Positions 57,926 through 64,000 of a DNA stretch of 64,000 bases are shown here, in pieces. The notes beneath the pieces were generated by a model. That model searched no databases, was not told the origin of the DNA, and saw nothing but the letters and a program-made list of their open reading frames with translations. Positions within the stretch are counted from its first letter, which is position 1; each line of letters begins with the position of its first letter. Source of the DNA: Bdellovibrio sp. GTDB lineage: Bacteria > Bdellovibrionota > Bdellovibrionia > Bdellovibrionales > Bdellovibrionaceae. The stretch is from NCBI GenBank assembly GCA_036677065.1, contig JAKFBS010000002.1, positions 352,001 to 416,000 of the forward strand, given 5' to 3'. Both the position numbers and the translations under genes were made by a program.

Positions 57926-58877
57926 GATCGCTTTCCTTAAAACCTGCACCAGAATGAATGACACCAACAGCACCATCATTACCAAAATAGCTAATAATTT
58001 CTAATGTGCCTTTGGCGCGCCCTTGAACTTTTCCTAAGTTATAGCCAACTTCAGGGTCAAAAATTTCACTAGAATCTTCAACCACTTTTAATAAGTCACC
58101 AACTTGTACGCCAGAGATACGCCCGACATTTAAATAAATTTTATCACCGCGAATAGCTGCAATCCGACCTTCCCAAGTCACATCATCCATGGCTTCTTGA
58201 ATTTGCTGCGAAAAATCCAGAAAGGCATCTTTAATTAAAATTTCAACTAATTCAGGATTTTTTAAAAAGATTTGATCTTCTGCTGCCCGTTCGGCTACAC
58301 GAGTGTTTTTCTCTTCAAGAGTCACAGTCTTTACTGTGTGATAAATTTCTTCACCAGTGCGTACGCTATGAATTCTTAAGCGCACAACGACTTCGTAACT
58401 GGCATCTAAATTTCTGACTAAACCGATTTGTTCGGCTTTTTTCTTTAAACGAACATCAATAATTTGGCCTTCAACAATCGAACTGATTCCTGATTTTTGC
58501 GAATCTTGGGCTAAACGTTTTAAGTCATATTCGTCATTTTTAATATAGTTTTCAGGATTCACTGTTAGCTGATCAGAATCCATCACGATAAATTTTTCAC
58601 TTAAATTTAAATCGTTAATAAATGCAATGCGCGCATTTGTGCGGGCAACTTCTGGACGCTTAAGAGTGTCTTTATCCAAGAATGGTAAAACGACTAAGCG
58701 CTTTTTCATCGACTTATCCTGCGAATTCGTACGGTAGTCGACATCTTTAATTTTTCGGCGAATAGCTACGGGTTCATTAATTTTTGTCTCTTCAGTGGCC
58801 GGCGCAAACGCCGCACAACCTGAAATCATAACCACGATACTTAAGGCACTTAAAATAGAAAAATTTAATGTTTTCAT
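57906..58877 (-). CDS. lipoprotein with CsgG/FlgT-like domains
   Basis: ISGC lipobox, RLVVLPF, WEGRI...IYLN.G..SG.QVGD, DPE.G..LG. Confidence 0.6.
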   Translation of the reverse strand: MKTLNFSILSALSIVVMISGCAAFAPATEETKINEPVAIRRKIKDVDYRTNSQDKSMKKRLVVLPFLDKDTLKRPEVARTNARIAFINDLNLSEKFIVMDSDQLTVNPENYIKNDEYDLKRLAQDSQKSGISSIVEGQIIDVRLKKKAEQIGLVRNLDASYEVVVRLRIHSVRTGEEIYHTVKTVTLEEKNTRVAERAAEDQIFLKNPELVEILIKDAFLDFSQQIQEAMDDVTWEGRIAAIRGDKIYLNVGRISGVQVGDLLKVVEDSSEIFDPEVGYNLGKVQGRAKGTLEIISYFGNDGAVGVIHSGAGFKESDRVEVFQ

Positions 58878-58900
58878 AGTGCTTATATCTTACCTCAAAA

Positions 58901-61900
58901 TTAGATTTCGATAAAGTCCGTGCGACCAAAAACCTGATGAACTTCTTCAAAAAACGCATCCGAGATCTGTATGCGTTTAGGCGATTCAGTCTGCATCTCT
59001 ACCGTCTTCTCGTTTAGACTTAAGACTAGGCGAACATTTGTTTCACCCTGAAAAGTATCAAGGATTGTATCTAACTTTTCAAAATCACTGGTTTCAAGCT
59101 TATCTAATCTAAACGACACGCGTTTAGTTTTTTTCATGATTTCGTCAAACGGTGCAATATTATCCACGATAATTTTTGCCGAACCTTCATTAATTTCTAA
59201 ACCCCCACCAATAAGAAGTGGTCGTTCATCTTTTAAGAAGCTTCCGCATTTTTCAAAAGTGTCCGGAAAAATAACTAACTCTGCAGTTCCGGTTAAATCT
59301 TCAAGTTTTGCAAAAGCCATACGTGTGCCTTTTTTAGTGATCATCTCGCGATTCTCAATAATCAGACCGGCAACAATAACACGTTTTTTAGAGTCTTTTT
59401 GAAAGCGGTTCCATTTGCCACTTTCTTTTTTTGCGGCCTCCACAGCTTTTTCTTCAGGAGTCATATCATGTTTATGAAGATCTACGATTTCGCAGGTCGT
59501 CCAAACTTTGGCTAATTTTTCAAAACCACGAAGCGGATGATCACTTAAGTAAAATCCTAAAACTTCTTTTTCGTAAGCTAAAGATTGGGTGCGCGACCAC
59601 TGTTTGGTGTCTTCAAGTTTGATAGCTTGTTTTTCGCCGCCCATATCAAAAAGACTGACTTGGCCCACATCTTTATCTTTTTGTGCGCCGATCGCGTAAT
59701 CTAAGAACTTAGAATAGCCTGTAAATAATTGTGCACGATGCACGCCAAAACCTTCGAAAGCTCCGGCTTTAGTCATACACTCGATCACTTTTTTATTCAC
59801 ACGGCGTAAATCAACATTTTCAAAGAAATCATCAAGGCTTGCAAATTTTTTATCTGGCTGACGGTCGCGCGCTTCAATAATCGCTTCAACCGCGGCTGAG
59901 CCAACACCTTTAATACCACCAAGGCCGAAATAAATAACTTCGCCTTTTACCGAGAATAAATAATCAGAAAAATTCACATGCGGAGGTCTAACTTCTAACC
60001 CGCGTTTTTGCGCATCTTTTACATATTTAACAACTTTATCAGTATCACCAACCTCAGTTGATAAAAGGGCTGCAAAAAATTCAGCTGGGTAATAATGTTT
60101 TACCCAAGCAGTTTGTGCCGTAATTACCGAATAAGCTGCCGCATGCGATTTATTGAAACCGTAATCGGCAAACTTATACATTAATTCGAAAAGCTCTTCA
60201 GATCTTTGCTTATCGTGACCTCGCTCTAACGCCCCTTTCATGAAACGCTGGCGATGCTGATCCATTTCTTCTTTGATCTTTTTACCCATCGCACGACGAA
60301 GCATATCGGCTTCACCAAGAGAGTATCCGGCAATAATCGAAGCAATACCCATAACTTGCTCTTGGTAAACCATGATTCCATAGGTTTCTTCCAAGACTTG
60401 TTTGGTTTCTGGCAATAGGTATTCTACCGGTGTTTCACCGTGTTTACGCTTGGTAAACTCTGGAATATTCGCCATCGGACCCGGGCGGTAAAGTGAGGTG
60501 ATCGCGGTAATATCAGCAAAGCTTGTAGGCTTAATTTTTCTGGTAGCGTCAGTAATACCTTCGCCCTCGAACTGAAATACTCCGGCCGTGTCACCACGAG
60601 ATAATAATTCATAAATTTTAGAATCGTTGATCGGAATATTTTTTTCTAAAACATCAAGACCACGATTTTGTTTAACTAATTTTAAAGCATGATGAATATG
60701 AGTTAAAGTTTTAAGACCCAAGAAGTCGAACTTAATTAATCCGATTTTCTCAGCATGCTTCATATCATACTGAACAACGTTTTCATCATCTGCGCCCTTA
60801 TACATCGGCGCATGTTTTACTAAACTGCCATCGGCAATAATTACGCCCGCAGCATGGATGCCCGCATGACGAACTAAACCCTCTACACGAAGTGCAAGTT
60901 CGACTAACGTTTGCACAGTAGGATTAGACTCCATCGCTTCACGAATACGAGGCTCTGCCGCTAATGAGTCTGTTAAATTAATCCCTAACTTATCAGGAAT
61001 TAATTTAGATACGACATCCACTTCAGGAAAAGTCATACCCAATACGCGGCCCACATCTTTTAGCGCAGCACGGGTTTGTAATTTTCCGTAAGTGATAATT
61101 TGTGAAACTGAGGCTGAACCGTATTTTTCAGTAACATACTGAATAACTTCCTGACGGCGATCCTGACAGAAGTCGATATCGAAATCGGGCATCGAAATAC
61201 GTTCGGGATTTAAGAAACGCTCAAACAGTAGAAAATTTGGAATCGGATCAAGATCAGTAATACGCAAACTGTAAGCGACAAGCGACCCTGCTCCAGATCC
61301 ACGGCCTGGGCCTACCGGAATATCGCGGTTTTTTGCCCAGTTGATGAAATCCATAACGATTAAAAAATAACCGTTAAATCCCATGCGATCGATAATATTT
61401 AATTCAAAATTTAAACGATTAAAATAATCTGGCTTTTTTTCTTCAGGAACTTCCTGGCCAACGGCTTTAAGTTCTTCGAAGCGTACTTTCAAACCTTCGG
61501 TTGCATGATGCAGAATTTCTTCTTTAACTGTACGGCCATCAGCTGTCGGAAAGCTTGGCAAATGGTAAATTGCTTTTCCGTTTTCATCTTTAAGTTTAAA
61601 TTTAACATTACAACGATCAGCAATAACTTGTGTGTTCGTTATCGCCTCTGGCAAATCCGAAAAAAGTTTCGTCATGCTTTCAGTTGATTTAAAATAAAAT
61701 TCAGAACTTCCTAGTTTGTATCTAGACTCGTCGGCTAAAGTTTTATTCGACCCGATACAAACTAGTACTTCTTGCGCGATTTGATCGTCTTGCGTGATGT
61801 AGTGCACATCATTTGATGCAACGATGGGAACATGACAAATCTTTGAAGCTTCTAAAATAAAATTATTAATCGTTTTTTGCGCATCACTGCCTTGTGGAAG

Positions 61901-62449
61901 TGTGCGCGACAATTCTAAATAAAAACGATCATCAAAAAGTTCTTTTAATTTTCTAACTTTGGCTAACGCGGCTTCTGGTCCTTCTTTTAAAAGTGTACCA
62001 ATAACTTCACCACGCGTTGTGCCGCTCAAACAGATTAAATCTTTCGAGTAATCTTTTAAAACGTCGTAATCAATTCTTGGCTTCCAGTAAAAACCCTCTT
62101 GGTAACCCACCGATGAAAGTTTACAAAGATTTTGATAGCCTTCTAGATTTTGTGCCAACAACACTAAACGCTGTGGTCCTAAAGTAATCTCAGAATATTT
62201 TTGATTGGGATCTTGTTTTTTATCTAGTCGCGAATTTGGTGCGACATAGGCTTCAAGACCAATCAATGGTTTTACGCCTTTATCTTGGCAGGCAAAGTAA
62301 AACTCAATCGCACCGAACATGTTTCCATAATCAGTAAGAGCTACGGCAGGTTGTTGGTAATCGGCCGCTTTTTTAGCGATTGCCTTGACCCGGCACGAAG
62401 CCTCTAAAAGGGAGTACTCAGAATGAACATGTAAGTGCGAAAATGACAT
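58901..62449 (-). CDS. dnaE: DNA polymerase III alpha subunit
   Basis: HLHVHSEYSLL, GRGSGAGS, PDFDIDF, KFDFLGL, YGFNKSH; no intein evident. Confidence 0.98.
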   Translation of the reverse strand: MSFSHLHVHSEYSLLEASCRVKAIAKKAADYQQPAVALTDYGNMFGAIEFYFACQDKGVKPLIGLEAYVAPNSRLDKKQDPNQKYSEITLGPQRLVLLAQNLEGYQNLCKLSSVGYQEGFYWKPRIDYDVLKDYSKDLICLSGTTRGEVIGTLLKEGPEAALAKVRKLKELFDDRFYLELSRTLPQGSDAQKTINNFILEASKICHVPIVASNDVHYITQDDQIAQEVLVCIGSNKTLADESRYKLGSSEFYFKSTESMTKLFSDLPEAITNTQVIADRCNVKFKLKDENGKAIYHLPSFPTADGRTVKEEILHHATEGLKVRFEELKAVGQEVPEEKKPDYFNRLNFELNIIDRMGFNGYFLIVMDFINWAKNRDIPVGPGRGSGAGSLVAYSLRITDLDPIPNFLLFERFLNPERISMPDFDIDFCQDRRQEVIQYVTEKYGSASVSQIITYGKLQTRAALKDVGRVLGMTFPEVDVVSKLIPDKLGINLTDSLAAEPRIREAMESNPTVQTLVELALRVEGLVRHAGIHAAGVIIADGSLVKHAPMYKGADDENVVQYDMKHAEKIGLIKFDFLGLKTLTHIHHALKLVKQNRGLDVLEKNIPINDSKIYELLSRGDTAGVFQFEGEGITDATRKIKPTSFADITAITSLYRPGPMANIPEFTKRKHGETPVEYLLPETKQVLEETYGIMVYQEQVMGIASIIAGYSLGEADMLRRAMGKKIKEEMDQHRQRFMKGALERGHDKQRSEELFELMYKFADYGFNKSHAAAYSVITAQTAWVKHYYPAEFFAALLSTEVGDTDKVVKYVKDAQKRGLEVRPPHVNFSDYLFSVKGEVIYFGLGGIKGVGSAAVEAIIEARDRQPDKKFASLDDFFENVDLRRVNKKVIECMTKAGAFEGFGVHRAQLFTGYSKFLDYAIGAQKDKDVGQVSLFDMGGEKQAIKLEDTKQWSRTQSLAYEKEVLGFYLSDHPLRGFEKLAKVWTTCEIVDLHKHDMTPEEKAVEAAKKESGKWNRFQKDSKKRVIVAGLIIENREMITKKGTRMAFAKLEDLTGTAELVIFPDTFEKCGSFLKDERPLLIGGGLEINEGSAKIIVDNIAPFDEIMKKTKRVSFRLDKLETSDFEKLDTILDTFQGETNVRLVLSLNEKTVEMQTESPKRIQISDAFFEEVHQVFGRTDFIEI

Positions 62450-62571
62450 TTCTTAACTATACTTTTTGAAGAGTTATGTTTCAAAACAACTGTGAGTAGC
62501 GCAGTGTATAAACTGAGATTAAAGTTTCAGCACTATTTGCAGCAAATCAGACTATGTTTTACGCTCTTAGA

Positions 62572-63582
62572 ATGAAAATATACTCAGATATCACACAAAC
62601 GATTGGTTCTACTCCGTTAGTTAAACTTCAACGACTGAATAAAGGCTTAAAAGCTGAACTTTTATTAAAGTTAGAATTTTTTAACCCTCTGGGATCAGTC
62701 AAAGACCGCATTGGCCTGAACATGATTGCTGAAGCTGAAAAATCTGGAGCTCTACAACCAGGCATGACGGTTATCGAGCCCACTAGCGGCAATACCGGAA
62801 TTGCCTTAGCTTTTGTGTGTGCAGCCAAAGGTTACGAACTCACTCTGGTTATGCCAGAAACAATGTCACAAGAACGCAGAACACTTTTACTTTTGTTAGG
62901 TGCAAATCTTGTATTAACTCCAGGACCACTCGGAATGCGTGGAGCTATCGCTAAAGCCCTTGAAATTTCTGACACCGATAAATCAAAAAAATATTTTTTG
63001 CCACGCCAGTTTGAAAATCCGGCAAATCCTCAAGTCCACGAAAAAACTACCGCTCTTGAAATCTGGAACGACACTGACGGAAAAGTCGACATCGTGGTTT
63101 CTGGCGTTGGCACAGGTGGAACAATTACCGGTGTGGGAAAAGTTCTTAAACAGAAAAATTCTAAAATTCAAATGGTCGCGGTTGAACCCACTGAAAGCCC
63201 TGTGTTGAGCGGCGGCAAACCCTCGCCGCACAAAATTCAAGGCATTGGTGCTGGATTTATTCCGCTGGTACTTGATCGAAAAATTATTGATCGTATCGAA
63301 CAAATTTCAAGTGAAGACTCGTTAGTTATGGCCCGTAGAGTGATCAAAGAAGAGGGCATTCCCGTCGGAATCAGCTCTGGAGCTGCGATTGCGGTAGGAT
63401 TAAAACTTGCAGCCTTAGACGAAAACCAAGGTAAAAATATCGTTGTTATCGTTCCAAGTTATTCTGAAAGATATTTATCAACACTTCTTGCAGAAGCAGA
63501 ACGCACGCAGGCGCAAAGCTTAACAACATCAACTGTAAGTGAAGAGTATTTAAAAAAAGTAGTTGTTCAACAAGGAATCTAG
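62572..63582 (+). CDS. cysK: cysteine synthase A
   Basis: [30 protein letters not shown]. Confidence 0.95.
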   Translation: MKIYSDITQTIGSTPLVKLQRLNKGLKAELLLKLEFFNPLGSVKDRIGLNMIAEAEKSGALQPGMTVIEPTSGNTGIALAFVCAAKGYELTLVMPETMSQERRTLLLLLGANLVLTPGPLGMRGAIAKALEISDTDKSKKYFLPRQFENPANPQVHEKTTALEIWNDTDGKVDIVVSGVGTGGTITGVGKVLKQKNSKIQMVAVEPTESPVLSGGKPSPHKIQGIGAGFIPLVLDRKIIDRIEQISSEDSLVMARRVIKEEGIPVGISSGAAIAVGLKLAALDENQGKNIVVIVPSYSERYLSTLLAEAERTQAQSLTTSTVSEEYLKKVVVQQGI

Positions 63583-63938
63583 CGAGGTATGTAAACTTGC
63601 GCCAAAACATGGGCCACGCTAATGAGCACACAAAGGCCGAAAAACAGCAGCATTCGAGGGTTGTTTAATTTAATTTTAAACATGATGCGCATTAAAAAAG
63701 TGCGCATCATAAAGTCGAATAACCCATACATCACCCCTTGCGAGAATCTAAAGCCAAAGTCATTTGTAATTGGCGGTGGCATGACCAGCTTAAAAACAAG
63801 AATATTGGCTATGATGGCGGTTAAAGTTGTAACAATCGCCCAAATTTTTAGTGATCGCTTCCATTCAATATCTAAGATGCGCTTAAATAAAACCGCATCA
63901 ATGACAAAAAAAACAACGAATAGAATTTGCCTTAACAA
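63579..63938 (-). CDS. hypothetical membrane protein
   Basis: Four hydrophobic segments; TTG start immediately after the guaA stop. Confidence 0.55.
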   Translation of the reverse strand: MLRQILFVVFFVIDAVLFKRILDIEWKRSLKIWAIVTTLTAIIANILVFKLVMPPPITNDFGFRFSQGVMYGLFDFMMRTFLMRIMFKIKLNNPRMLLFFGLCVLISVAHVLAQVYIPR

Positions 63939-64000
63939 TTATTCCCACTCAATAGTTGCAGGTGGTTTTGAAGTAATATCATAAACCACACGGTTAATAC
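63939..64000 (-). CDS. guaA: GMP synthase, C-terminal end (truncated by window edge)
   Basis: Minus strand reads INRVVYDITSKPPATIEWE-stop. Confidence 0.95.
   Translation of the reverse strand, partial: INRVVYDITSKPPATIEWE

Noticed and set aside
58901..62449. Possible intein or split in dnaE
   Set aside because: Length (1182 aa) and motif order are normal; only a short charged insertion before the OB fold
63..63984. Many short alternative-frame and antisense ORFs in the supplied track (e.g. 6179-6490, 40579-41010, 63622-63984)
   Set aside because: They overlap well-supported genes and show no RBS or recognisable motifs; treated as shadow ORFs

Overview
This 64 kb window is a chromosomal segment that looks like a Bdellovibrionota predator (Bdellovibrio/Pseudobdellovibrio-like). 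This is inferred from a TIGR02147/DUF4423 regulator, a GYF-PilZ protein and many secreted Cys-rich hypothetical proteins. It probably spans the replication terminus: a 28-bp dif site lies at 20892-20919, and by eye the + strand shifts from G-rich on the left to C-rich on the right. Core content includes the yceD-rpmF-fabH-fabD-fabG-acpP-fabF-rpiB-glyA cluster (no plsX), Leu dehydrogenase-yfgM-bamB, msrA, ttcA, arfB, tRNA-Val(GAC), lipB, dnaE, cysK and the 3' end of guaA. The most interesting loci cluster around dif. (1) A three-gene operon encodes a PhcB-like SAM methyltransferase, a membrane class III nucleotide cyclase with a PhcS-like sensor region, and an AstE/AspA-family hydrolase; it is a candidate fatty-acid-methyl-ester quorum-sensing circuit with cyclic-nucleotide rather than kinase output. 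(2) A pair of signal-peptide-bearing enzymes, ART-like and Fic, may be prey-directed effectors. (3) A tyrosine recombinase module carries its own symmetric dif-like site. (4) Several secreted-protein genes have sigma54-type promoters, most with a recurring TGTCTCA-N3-TGAGACA palindrome nearby. (5) A patatin-GlpQ-ABC cluster may scavenge phospholipids. All family calls come from reading motifs by eye; no searches were run.
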